Shown: piece by piece, positions 26,108 to 35,046 of the stretch
Numbering within the stretch: position 1 is the stretch's first letter
How the letters are laid out: every line of letters begins with the position of its first letter
IMG/VR virus record: IMGVR_UViG_3300037117_000093
Location: 1-58,168 of that record
Direction: 5' to 3' (one strand)
DNA: 58,168 nucleotides
DNA from: a virus
Lineage: Duplodnaviria > Caudoviricetes
Notes under the pieces: generated by a model
Databases searched by the model: none
Told to the model about the DNA's origin: nothing
Seen by the model: only the letters and a program-made list of their open reading frames with translations
Position numbers and translations under genes: made by a program

Positions 26108-27567
26108 GCCGGCACCGTCATGCTGCGATCATAGGCCGCTCCCGAGAGGTGCAGCGCGTCATTCATGTGTGCGACGAGTTCAGCGAACATATGATCGGCG
26201 GCGGCAGCCTTGCGTGCCGTGTTTTCTTGGACCCGGCGTTCACCCTCGGTTGCAATAATGTCCACCGTCACCGGGCGGTCCTGGCCGAAGCGCCAACAGC
26301 GCCGCACCGACTGGTAATATTGCTCGTATGAGTGCGAGGCGAAGGTGACGACATGGTTGCAGTTTTGAAAATTCAAACCCCATGCCCCAATCTTAGGCTT
26401 CAGGATCAGGCGTTGGAGTTCGCCGGAAGCGAATGCGGCGAAGGCTTCCTCTTTCTCTTCGTCGCTGTTCGCGCCCGCGACCTGGCGCGAGTTCGGAATG
26501 ACCTCGGCGAGCCGATCCCCCTCGGCATTAAGATGACACCAAATCATCGCCTGGCGCTCGTGGTTGACGAGTTCCGCTACCAGATCGCACCGCTCTTTCA
26601 GCGTGCGCCGGCGCTCGTCGCGTTCTTCGTTGAGGCCGATCGCCGGCAGCGTCAGCAGCATCCCGTCAGGCGACCGGTCGGGCATGATACTGTGCGCGCG
26701 CTCGATCAGTTCCGGCAGCACAAAAGCATCGTCGGAGAAACCTAGATCGCTTGGCTTGCGGCAGGCCCTGGCCCAGGATGCGATCCATTGCCAGAACGGG
26801 GTTGTAGCGTGGCCCTTCAGGTGCCATTGCCCGATCTGCTGGTGGACGCGGAACGCCAGCTTGCCGAAGTGGTTGGCGAGCTTCTCCCGTCGCTGGTCCT
26901 TGATTTGCTGCATCCGGTGCATCTTGTTGTCGGATTGCTTGAAGAACCGGCTGAGCATCTCGGAATAGCCGAGCTCGCCGAGAGCCTGACTCGACGTGCC
27001 GAGTTCGATGTAATCGTTCGGCGCCGCGGTCGCGGTGCAGAGCAGCCGGTACGGCACCTTCAGCATGAACCGGGTCACGGCCGATTGCGTCGCCCCGGTG
27101 AAGTGCTTCAAGATCGAACTTTCATCGCACACGACCCCGGCGAAATCGTCCGGGTTGAAATAGTGCAGCCGCTCATAGTTGCTGACGACGATCGTTGACC
27201 GGACCTCGCCCGCGTGCGAGCGCGCGATCGGGATATCGAACTTCGCCGCCTCGCGCACGGTCTGCCCGGCCACGGCAAGCGGCGTCAGGATCAGCACCGG
27301 GCGCATCGTCTTGCGCACGACGTTCTCGGCCCAGACGAGCTGCATCGGGGTTTTGCCGAGGCCGCAGTCGGCGAAGATTGCCGCGCGGCCCTTGCGGATC
27401 GCCCACTCGACGAGCGCCTTCTGGAAGTCGAACAGGAAATCAGGGAGCCACAGCGGATCGAAGCCGGCCATCTCGCCGCCCTGCGACTTGCGGTCGATAA
27501 ACGCGGCGTAATCCACGGTGCCAGCGCTGTCGCCAATACCGTTCGCCCAGGCGCGATCGTAGGTCAT
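26098..27567 (-). CDS. SNF2-like helicase paired with the DNA methyltransferase
   Basis: FADCGLGKT; DESSILK; TATAAPND; GLNFQ; QSVRRCWRFGQ. Confidence 0.92.
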   Translation of the reverse strand: MTYDRAWANGIGDSAGTVDYAAFIDRKSQGGEMAGFDPLWLPDFLFDFQKALVEWAIRKGRAAIFADCGLGKTPMQLVWAENVVRKTMRPVLILTPLAVAGQTVREAAKFDIPIARSHAGEVRSTIVVSNYERLHYFNPDDFAGVVCDESSILKHFTGATQSAVTRFMLKVPYRLLCTATAAPNDYIELGTSSQALGELGYSEMLSRFFKQSDNKMHRMQQIKDQRREKLANHFGKLAFRVHQQIGQWHLKGHATTPFWQWIASWARACRKPSDLGFSDDAFVLPELIERAHSIMPDRSPDGMLLTLPAIGLNEERDERRRTLKERCDLVAELVNHERQAMIWCHLNAEGDRLAEVIPNSRQVAGANSDEEKEEAFAAFASGELQRLILKPKIGAWGLNFQNCNHVVTFASHSYEQYYQSVRRCWRFGQDRPVTVDIIATEGERRVQENTARKAAAADHMFAELVAHMNDALHLSGAAYDRSMTVPAWL

Positions 27568-28697
27568 TTGCTGCGATTCCCCAAAAGCTGATCCGCAAAA
27601 TCCCCAAACCCCTCGCTCGGGAGTATCGCCTCTGCGGCTATCCCGTGCCGGCGCCACCATCCGGCCGCGTATGCGGCCACTGCCTCGCCGACGAAGCCTC
27701 TATCGCCAAATATCCAGAGGCCGCGCACATCGGGCGGTATCCAGATCGACGGCGCGCGCTCGTCGAACCACCGCGCGGTGACGCCCTGCGGCGGCACGTC
27801 CGGCGCAATCCAGTGCCGGCGATCGCCGACGCCCTCAGACCAATGCGCCGGGTAGCCGAGCCGCGACAGGCCGCATAGGGACCAGACCGGTATGCGGTAG
27901 AGGATCGATGCCGCGACCGCGCTCTCGACGCCTTCCGCCAACCCGAGGATCGGCCCAGCCGGTGCCAAGCGCACGGCGCCATCTAGCATCGCGCCCAGCG
28001 TCTTCTTCCTTATATTGAGTTTCGGCCGGGCGTCCGGCGCTGAGCGCGCCAAGCTGCGGATGCTCGCCAGCGCCTCGCCGCTGAACATGCGCTGATGGTT
28101 CCGTGCCCAGCCGGCCGGGTCGCGTTCGTAATCCTCGATTGACAGGCACCAAATTCGCTGCACCGCCGTCACGCGGCCGTCAGATGCGGTGATCGGCGCG
28201 ACCATCGCAGGGAGCGGCCTGCCGACCTCATGGCAGTAGAGCGCGGCATGCGACAGCAGCGCCGGATGATCCGAACCGAGGCCGCGGCTCCAAAGATACA
28301 GGCGCGCCGCCGTGCCGTCCGACACCGGGCCGCACTCGCGTAGGATAACGTTAATGCGGGCCGCCTTCCGGGAAGGATCGTCGTAATGACGTTCTCTAGG
28401 CGTTCTTTCCAAGTTTTGCCTTTGAAGAGGCAGCGGCGGCAGATCGATCAGCCAGCGCACGGCGCCGGCGAAGTCCAGATGCTCGGCGCGCTGCACAAGG
28501 TCGATCACGTCGCCATAACCGCAGCCGGCGAAGCAATGCCAGTGGTCATCCTTGATCCCGAAGCTCGGCTTGCGATCCTCGTGGAAGATGCATGGGCCGG
28601 TCAGCCAAGCCCCGGCCCGCTTGAGCGGCGTGTATCGCGCGGCAATGTCCGCGATCGGGACGGCTTTGGCCCGCGCGAAATCGGCGTCAGGGATCAT
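27564..28697 (-). CDS. DNA primase (CHC2 zinc finger + Toprim)
   Basis: CIFHEDRKPSF..HCFAGC; AEGVESA; FGD. Confidence 0.88.
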   Translation of the reverse strand: MIPDADFARAKAVPIADIAARYTPLKRAGAWLTGPCIFHEDRKPSFGIKDDHWHCFAGCGYGDVIDLVQRAEHLDFAGAVRWLIDLPPLPLQRQNLERTPRERHYDDPSRKAARINVILRECGPVSDGTAARLYLWSRGLGSDHPALLSHAALYCHEVGRPLPAMVAPITASDGRVTAVQRIWCLSIEDYERDPAGWARNHQRMFSGEALASIRSLARSAPDARPKLNIRKKTLGAMLDGAVRLAPAGPILGLAEGVESAVAASILYRIPVWSLCGLSRLGYPAHWSEGVGDRRHWIAPDVPPQGVTARWFDERAPSIWIPPDVRGLWIFGDRGFVGEAVAAYAAGWWRRHGIAAEAILPSEGFGDFADQLLGNRSK

Positions 28698-30649
28698 GGC
28701 CTGTAGACCGCCGCGATATGCCGGCTCAACGCCTCCGGGATTTTCGCGATCATTGCGCTCGCGGCTTTGCGGCTGTCCGATTTTTTGATGCCCTCGTGCT
28801 CGGCGGAATTCGTCAGATGGCGGGTGTGCGGTGCGCCATCTCGAATGTGGGGAATATGTCCGGTCGTTTTGACCCTATCGCGGTAGCGTTGCGCGGCCGT
28901 CACGTTGAAGCCCTTTGCCTTATAGCCCGGTTTGTCATGCCCGCTGAAATTAAGCCCCGCAACCTTCACCGACGCCGATTGAAACGATCGGCCGCTGCCG
29001 TCGAACCGGAAGCCAGCAACCTTGTGCCCGTGAAAATTCGTGACACCATCAGGGCGATGCGCAATTCCTGCTTTCATTACTCGTCCGGTCGTGAACGGCA
29101 TCAGCGCCGGAACATCGCCCCAAAGGTGGTAGCTACCGAAGTTCCACCGCGAGCGGCCCACCCAAGGAATCGCCCCGCGGACGTTTTCGACGACCATAGG
29201 GATGTGCCGCCCGGCGGCGAGCGAGGCTTGCGCCTGGATACGAAAGCAGGCATCGAACAGGCGGGTGAGGTCGGTGAGCATCTGCCCGCTCGTGTCGGCG
29301 CGGATCGCCGCCGCCTTGGCCTTCGCCAGCGACCACGGCATCGCCATCCACGAGTAGGCTTGGCAATTATGGACGACCACGCCATCAGCGACGTAGCTGT
29401 TGTCCTCCTCAACTTCGAGGTTCCAGACTTCAGCGGCGGGTTGGCCTTCGGCGATGTGTCGGACGCGCCCCCACTGCATCCCATAATCGCACTCGACCAA
29501 GCGATTATGATCCGCGCCAGGCGTCCATCGCGTGTCCCAACTGTCCCGCTGGTTTACCGTGCGACCCTCAATTTCATAGGTCGGCGGCCGTGGTTGATGA
29601 TGCACCGTAGAGACGGACCCAAGAGAGGCGGCAAGGAACCGCGTTCCGATAGCCAACCCCTTGCTGACCGTAGTCGTCTTGATGATCTGTGTGTGCCCAT
29701 TAAGGACTGCGTAGCCATCTGCCGAGACATATCCGTCAAGCAACGCCTGACGGCGGCTCCGCTCCATACCGAACACCCACGCCGGCCACGATTTCCCGGC
29801 AGCGCCGAGGCCGAAGTGGTGGGATATCCATTCCGCCAAGGAATTGCTCGCCGCCGTGAAGCGCGCCGTTGTTCGCTCGACAGAACGTCGCCAATGCAAT
29901 TCGCCGGGTTTGGCCCGAGAACCGGCCCGTGGTGCCACGGCGGCGAGCCGGCCATCAAGATCATCAGCCTCGTCGTGGGCGCAGCAGATGAGCACCTCGT
30001 CACCGCCTCGCGTCTCTGGCCTTCGCCGCAGCCATCCGTCGCCGACCCATCGTCCCACCATCCACCAGAATTCGGGTGTGTCGGGAAGATCGTTCGGCAG
30101 CGGCGGGATCGGCAACTCGTCAAAGGCGACGGGGCTGGCCCAATGGCTTCCTGCGCTTTCGGCCATCGGAATCCATTGGGGTTCCTCTAGGTGTTTGGGA
30201 TGGTAGGTCCAACTTACTCGGCAGGAACCGCTGTCGCGCCGCGCGTAAACCGGATGCTCAGCGGTGCCCTCAAGCGTCGCCCCATAGCCCGATGCAATTA
30301 CCGTCGCTGCAAAGGTGCTCCCCGTCCGCAGAACTCGACGCCAGCGGTTCTGATGGGTCAGGACAAGATCGCCTACAACGACATCGGGAATGGGGAGCAG
30401 CCCGCGATCAGTCAAAATCAGCGTGTCAGCGACAAAGCACGGCGGCGAGGCGACGATCAGCGCCGCATCGCGGAACTGCGAACCGTGCAGCGTCAGCACG
30501 TCCTGGATTACAAGCTGCGCCGGGTAGCGGTGCTCGCCGTACTGGTGCCGCTCGATATCGAAGCCGATGACATCGTAGCCCTCGGCGAGGAATCCTTCCG
30601 ACCATCCACCCAACCCGCAAAAAAGGTCGATCATCAGCGGGTTGGTCAT
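28694..30649 (-). CDS. C5-cytosine DNA methyltransferase-like protein with intein
   Basis: DLFCGLGG; SPP|CQ split by intein; ENVRG. Confidence 0.88.
   Translation of the reverse strand: MTNPLMIDLFCGLGGWSEGFLAEGYDVIGFDIERHQYGEHRYPAQLVIQDVLTLHGSQFRDAALIVASPPCFVADTLILTDRGLLPIPDVVVGDLVLTHQNRWRRVLRTGSTFAATVIASGYGATLEGTAEHPVYARRDSGSCRVSWTYHPKHLEEPQWIPMAESAGSHWASPVAFDELPIPPLPNDLPDTPEFWWMVGRWVGDGWLRRRPETRGGDEVLICCAHDEADDLDGRLAAVAPRAGSRAKPGELHWRRSVERTTARFTAASNSLAEWISHHFGLGAAGKSWPAWVFGMERSRRQALLDGYVSADGYAVLNGHTQIIKTTTVSKGLAIGTRFLAASLGSVSTVHHQPRPPTYEIEGRTVNQRDSWDTRWTPGADHNRLVECDYGMQWGRVRHIAEGQPAAEVWNLEVEEDNSYVADGVVVHNCQAYSWMAMPWSLAKAKAAAIRADTSGQMLTDLTRLFDACFRIQAQASLAAGRHIPMVVENVRGAIPWVGRSRWNFGSYHLWGDVPALMPFTTGRVMKAGIAHRPDGVTNFHGHKVAGFRFDGSGRSFQSASVKVAGLNFSGHDKPGYKAKGFNVTAAQRYRDRVKTTGHIPHIRDGAPHTRHLTNSAEHEGIKKSDSRKAASAMIAKIPEALSRHIAAVYRP
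29366..30439 (-). mobile_element. Intein (358 aa) with LAGLIDADG-type endonuclease
   Basis: Starts CFVADT; TAEHP block B; GRWVGDG and LLDGYVSADG; ends VVHN followed by Cys+1. Confidence 0.93.
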
Positions 30650-30849
30650 GCTTGGCGATCCGGCGGCGGGTCGCGCGGCGGCTCGACGGCGCGCGCCTCA
30701 AGATGATTCAGCCGCGCGGATGCACGCCGATCGCCCGACATTAACGGATTTTTCGATCGATCATGACGCCATCGCCGCAGCAGTTCAGTCTCCACGACTT
30801 CGGCCAACGAACGGTGCGACCGCCAAGGGAAACGCCACGACCCGGTCAT
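30646..30849 (-). CDS. Hypothetical protein
   Basis: Coupled at both ends. Confidence 0.5.
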   Translation of the reverse strand: MTGSWRFPWRSHRSLAEVVETELLRRWRHDRSKNPLMSGDRRASARLNHLEARAVEPPRDPPPDRQA

Positions 30850-31079
30850 CCGCAACCCCCCGATGTTGATCCGCAATCCAGGCACAAGAGACAAGTCCCG
30901 GCGCGGATCATTCGCGGGCTATGGCAGTCCTGGCAGAAATCCCCGCTCAGCGAGGGTTGCCGCGCCATCTTTGGCAGCACGCGGCGCGCTTCCGGCGGGC
31001 ACTCCGCCCAGCCGCCAAGGTTCTGCAGCCGGCAGGTGCAATCGCGGGCGCTGCCGCCATAGGCTCTTTGGCAAATCAT
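30846..31079 (-). CDS. Small Zn-ribbon protein resembling the class II RNR (NrdJ) C-terminal tail
   Basis: SGDFCQDC..MIRAGTCLLCLDCGSTSGGCG*. Confidence 0.7.
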   Translation of the reverse strand: MICQRAYGGSARDCTCRLQNLGGWAECPPEARRVLPKMARQPSLSGDFCQDCHSPRMIRAGTCLLCLDCGSTSGGCG

Positions 31080-31303
31080 GCAAAACGCCTTGTATTAGAA
31101 AAATAAGGGTCGGGATCGCTGAGCGGCCTCTCATCGCGGGCTCACGCCAATTGCTCGCAGACGGTGCGCCGACATGAGCACAGCCTTTGCCGCCGCAATC
31201 TCCGCTGCCCGGCGCTTTCCGGCACGCCACCTCCGCTGAAGCCGCGCGCGCAGGTGCGGGTTGCGGCGGTAATAATCGAGCTTCTGCGCGAGGGTGAAGG
31301 CCA

Positions 31304-31549
31304 TCAGAAATGCCTCGCGTACGGTCGTCCCGGAATGCCGCGGTTTGGCTCACGTCCGGCACCGCGATACGGACCCGGGACGCATTCGCCGCAGCCGGTA
31401 CACTGGCAGCAGGCGCGCATCGCAGGCGGACCTTGTTCGCACCAGCACGGTTCTGCGCCGATGCACGCTGTCGGCCGATACGCCGCACGCGCATCGCGGT
31501 ATTGCGCGAACAGCGCAAGCTCGGCCTGGGTGTAGACGCGCGCGGCCAT
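31304..31549 (-). CDS. Cys-rich hypothetical protein
   Basis: Coupled ORF. Confidence 0.5.
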   Translation of the reverse strand: MAARVYTQAELALFAQYRDARAAYRPTACIGAEPCWCEQGPPAMRACCQCTGCGECVPGPYRGAGREPNRGIPGRPYARHF

Positions 31550-31788
31550 CAGAGCGCCCCCAGGCGCTGCCAGTAGCGTTTGAGCGAGCGGAGAACGACG
31601 AGCTTGGAAAGAGAACCGACGACCTGCCAGTCATCCTCGAACGGATATGCTGCCGTGATGGCGGCGCTTATCTCGGCGATCTCGGCGCCAACGCGCTCGA
31701 TTTCCGCGCGGATTTGCGCTCGCGACCATTTCCGGCGCGGCGCACCTTGACATTCCTGTGACGAATAATTTATTTCTGCGTCAGACAT
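31549..31788 (-). CDS. Hypothetical protein
   Basis: GAGG RBS after structured leader. Confidence 0.6.
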   Translation of the reverse strand: MSDAEINYSSQECQGAPRRKWSRAQIRAEIERVGAEIAEISAAITAAYPFEDDWQVVGSLSKLVVLRSLKRYWQRLGAL

Positions 31789-31893
31789 AGCGACCTCGGC
31801 CGTCGATATTGTCAGGAACCGCCCGCTGAGTTTGCCGCTCGCGGGCGTTCCGCTTTCTAGGGCACCATCATGCTCCCGCGACGGGAGGCGATG

Positions 31894-32343
31894 TCAAGAC
31901 GGTTTCGTGCGGTCTCCGCTCTTGTTCCACGGCTTGAACATCTTGATATTCTCCGGCGCATAGTCGGGATGCGACCAATCGCCATTGAAAGTCACCGCGC
32001 GGTCATCGATGGTCAACAGCGCCGCCGGTTTGAACCAGGGCCAGGAAAATCGCCGATAAACCCCGGCAGCGTCGCTCCAGCATTCGGCCTCAACGCCGCT
32101 CGGTAGCGACCCGCCTTTGAGCCAGTGTTCCGTGATGGCGCGTTCCAGCCAGCGCTTCATCGCCCAACGGCCGCGAAAGCTACTGCTGCGTGAGGAATAG
32201 ATCGCGACCTTAAACCCTCCGTCGATCAGCCTGAATAACGCATCGATTGCGCCCGGCACCGGAGGATCGGGGATTTTCGCGACGCCCTGCCAGCCGCTTT
32301 CGTAGCTGTGGATCACGCCGTCGAAATCGACGCAGACCGTCAT
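31894..32343 (-). CDS. HAD-superfamily phosphatase-like protein
   Basis: VDFDGVIHSY; YSSR; KP..IDDRA. Confidence 0.85.
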   Translation of the reverse strand: MTVCVDFDGVIHSYESGWQGVAKIPDPPVPGAIDALFRLIDGGFKVAIYSSRSSSFRGRWAMKRWLERAITEHWLKGGSLPSGVEAECWSDAAGVYRRFSWPWFKPAALLTIDDRAVTFNGDWSHPDYAPENIKMFKPWNKSGDRTKPS

Positions 32344-32576
32344 AATATGATCTCCACCTTCTTCGCGCCAGCCTTGCGCAAAAGCATTCGAGCCAGAACG
32401 ATGACCTGATCTCGCGGCAGCGCAATCCAATCGACCGGAACCCCGAAGTAGATATGAATGTTGCTTTGGCTGTCAGCGTCGGAAATGACGATATTCAGCC
32501 CCCCATGATCATCGGCCCGGATCATGCCCGCAGGGAACTCGCCAGTTGGTCCGACACGCCGCTTTTGCTCGCCCAT
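32340..32576 (-). CDS. Conserved phage hypothetical protein
   Basis: GPTGEFPAG..DDHGGL..FGVPVDW. Confidence 0.65.
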   Translation of the reverse strand: MGEQKRRVGPTGEFPAGMIRADDHGGLNIVISDADSQSNIHIYFGVPVDWIALPRDQVIVLARMLLRKAGAKKVEIIL

Positions 32577-33205
32577 CAGCTTAATACCCTCCGCCCGATC
32601 CGCGCCTGCGCCGGAGCCGCGAGCGTGCCGTACAGCGGCAATTCGAGGCTCGCCCCGGCCGCGCGCCGGCTGGCAATCTCGGGCGCCACAATAAACTCCG
32701 CGTAATGCCAAAGAGCCAAAGAGTCGGCCGCGTTGTCATCTGCTACGTCATATCCGCGCTGCCGGCAGACCCGCATGACCGCGGCCTTCTTCGCGTCCCG
32801 CCCACCCCATGATCCTTTGCCGGTCCAGAACTTCACGAACTCGCCCGAGACGCACTCCCGGCACTTGATCCCGCGCTCGAATGCGATCTCCTCGACGGTT
32901 CCACTGAGCGCGAGCAAAAGCCGCAATGTCGCCGGGTTCATCGGCGGCGGACCCTTTGGCGCGCGGCTTGGGTCTGTCCCGGCACGCACAAACTGCGGGT
33001 CGCGCGGCACCGGGACGTACGGTGCCTCAAACGCCAGCAACCCTGGCTGAATCGCGATCACCCTGGACATGAGCCAGAACCGGAACCGGGATTTCTTCTC
33101 GCCGAGGCTGTCGCCCTTTGCCTTGAAGGTTTCCCATTGCGGCTCGCCACCGATTTTTCCAAAAGCCATTCCCGAAACTGTCGCCGTATCGAGCGCAATA
33201 ATCAT
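32576..33205 (-). CDS. RuvC-like Holliday junction resolvase
   Basis: IIALD; FEAP; VKFWTGKG..K; DDNAADSLAL. Confidence 0.85.
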   Translation of the reverse strand: MIIALDTATVSGMAFGKIGGEPQWETFKAKGDSLGEKKSRFRFWLMSRVIAIQPGLLAFEAPYVPVPRDPQFVRAGTDPSRAPKGPPPMNPATLRLLLALSGTVEEIAFERGIKCRECVSGEFVKFWTGKGSWGGRDAKKAAVMRVCRQRGYDVADDNAADSLALWHYAEFIVAPEIASRRAAGASLELPLYGTLAAPAQARIGRRVLS

Positions 33206-34173
33206 GGCGCGGGCGGATACCAGATGCCGGCGCCATTCGTTTGGATCTTGCCTTCCGCGACCAGTCGATTAAGCGCGACTTTGATCGCTTCTTCATCGGC
33301 GCCGAGCGCTTCCGCTGCGCCGATAATCGAGACAGCCCGGCTCGGCGTCTCTGCGTCGAGCCGTATGGCGAGCGTCAGCAGCCGGCCGTCGATTTCGGTA
33401 TCGTGATCGGCGCCATTTGGGGCGGCTGGTGCTGTTTCGCCTTCGACTGGCCGCTCGCGCTGACCTTCGGCGTGCCCCAACTCGTAATCGCCATGGCCAT
33501 TCTCTCCGGCGGCGTATCGCGCAGCATGGTCCCTGTTGCCGGCCAGTCCGTCAGCCTTCCCTGCGGCGCGAGCGATGTCATTCTGAGGCGCGGTATCGCC
33601 ATTCGCCTTTGCGGCGTTCTTGCTCCCAGGCGGTCGACCCCGGCGCTTCGGCGCATCGGCTGTCGGCTTAATTTCCTTCTCGACCTTCTCGGCTTGGCCG
33701 CGGAGCCACGAAGAATGCCACCGGGCGAATGCCTCAGTGCCGGGGCTGTAGCTGTTGCGGTCGGCGCGCTCGCCGGCCTTCCCGGCATCGAAACCCTCGC
33801 GGTCCACGCGCTTCAGGTCATGCACGCTCCACTGCATGGGAGCGGGCGCCGCGCCGGCCAGGTCGAGCGCGGTCTGATGGCCGACCGGCTTCCCCAGCCA
33901 TTCCATGTTGCGGCGGTAGATATTATCAGCAGCCTCGCGTTCCGCGCCTGATCGAGCCGCATCCTTCAGCGCGCGGTCGAACTCGTCGATGTCGTGCCCT
34001 TCGTTCGCGATCAGCTTGCGCAGGTCTTTCCGGCGCCGGTTGATCGACCGCACGGTTTCCTTGGCGTCGACAAGCTCGGTTTCGATTTCGGCGTGTTTCT
34101 CTACGAAACCGAGGAAGCCAGCGCGGTCTCCGCCATTTGCCCCCTGGCGCTCGGACGATAGGCTCTCTGCCAT
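33202..34173 (-). CDS. Multi-domain DNA-binding protein (GapR-like coil, RMF-like motifs, AT-hook, wHTH)
   Basis: See finding; KRRGRPPGSK; IKVALNRLVAEGKI. Confidence 0.6.
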   Translation of the reverse strand: MAESLSSERQGANGGDRAGFLGFVEKHAEIETELVDAKETVRSINRRRKDLRKLIANEGHDIDEFDRALKDAARSGAEREAADNIYRRNMEWLGKPVGHQTALDLAGAAPAPMQWSVHDLKRVDREGFDAGKAGERADRNSYSPGTEAFARWHSSWLRGQAEKVEKEIKPTADAPKRRGRPPGSKNAAKANGDTAPQNDIARAAGKADGLAGNRDHAARYAAGENGHGDYELGHAEGQRERPVEGETAPAAPNGADHDTEIDGRLLTLAIRLDAETPSRAVSIIGAAEALGADEEAIKVALNRLVAEGKIQTNGAGIWYPPAP

Positions 34174-34181
34174 TTCAACTC

Positions 34182-34562
34182 CTAATTCGCAGGTTCATAA
34201 GTCGTCGTCCGGCGCAGGGTGCTGCGTGGCGGCATTCCCAACGTATTCCAAATCTGCCGCACTCTCGACGCGGAAATCCCGCAACGCCGCGCAGTCTTTT
34301 CCGAACTTTCGGTTGCCCAGAACTGCCGGACGATCGCCGCATGCTCCGGTTCTTTCACCTGGTGCAGAGCGGGCTGCGGTGATGTCAGCGCGCGCTCGAT
34401 TGCGATGCGGGTCGGGGGTCGCGGCTCAGCGCCTTTTGACAGGATGCCCCGCAGAGTCCGATATGGGATGCCGGCATGCGCGGCCATCGCCGGCTCAGAC
34501 AGGCGATGCTCGGCGATATAGGCGCGCAGCGGGCCGCAGTCGAAAGGCTGGCGATCACTCAT
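34182..34562 (-). CDS. Cro/XRE-like double-HTH regulator
   Basis: AMAAHAGIPYRTLRGIL; TARRCGISASRVRQI; divergent from early promoter. Confidence 0.7.
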   Translation of the reverse strand: MSDRQPFDCGPLRAYIAEHRLSEPAMAAHAGIPYRTLRGILSKGAEPRPPTRIAIERALTSPQPALHQVKEPEHAAIVRQFWATESSEKTARRCGISASRVRQIWNTLGMPPRSTLRRTTTYEPAN

Positions 34563-34578
34563 CGCCTGGGATCATTTC

Positions 34579-34637
34579 AGAAAATAATGCGCGATGCAAT
34601 TATTTTCTATTGCGTTATGCGTTAGCTCCTATATGAT
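34579..34637 (+). promoter_or_regulatory. Operator-like palindrome plus early promoter, copy 2
   Basis: AGAAAATAAT-N10-ATTATTTTCT, then TTGCGT-16-TATGAT. Confidence 0.75.
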
Positions 34638-34714
34638 AGCTGTGCACCAAGGGAGGAACCGATGCCAAACAGCTTCAACGTGATGGTGAACGGCAAAGAA
34701 GTGGAGATCAGGCA

Positions 34715-34968
34715 ATGAACTACCCAAAAGATTTGAAAATTACCGAGACCAACCGGAAGAAATATGCGGCGCTGACTTCTGTCGGCGGCTGGCTGGACGT
34801 GCACGCCGAGGGGCTGAGCCTGCCGGCGCTGACTTTCGTCGGCGGCTCGCTGTACGTGCGCGCCGAGTTTAGCGCACCGCTCTTGCGGCTATACAAGGGC
34901 GGCGAAGATCGGCGCGGCTACTTGCCGAGGACGTGATTGCGGCTGAGTCGAAGGAGATCGAGCGATGA
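34715..34968 (+). pseudogene. Internally deleted, frameshifted paralog of the LRR-like repeat protein
   Basis: LTSVGGWLD/LTFVGGSLY repeats, DRRGY, then LAEDVIAAE in another frame. Confidence 0.55.
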
Positions 34969-35046
34969 TCAGCAAGTTGCGGACTTACGCCGAGCGCAGA
35001 CGGCGATCGGGAAGTTGGTATCAGAGATAGAGAGAGATATCGGGCG

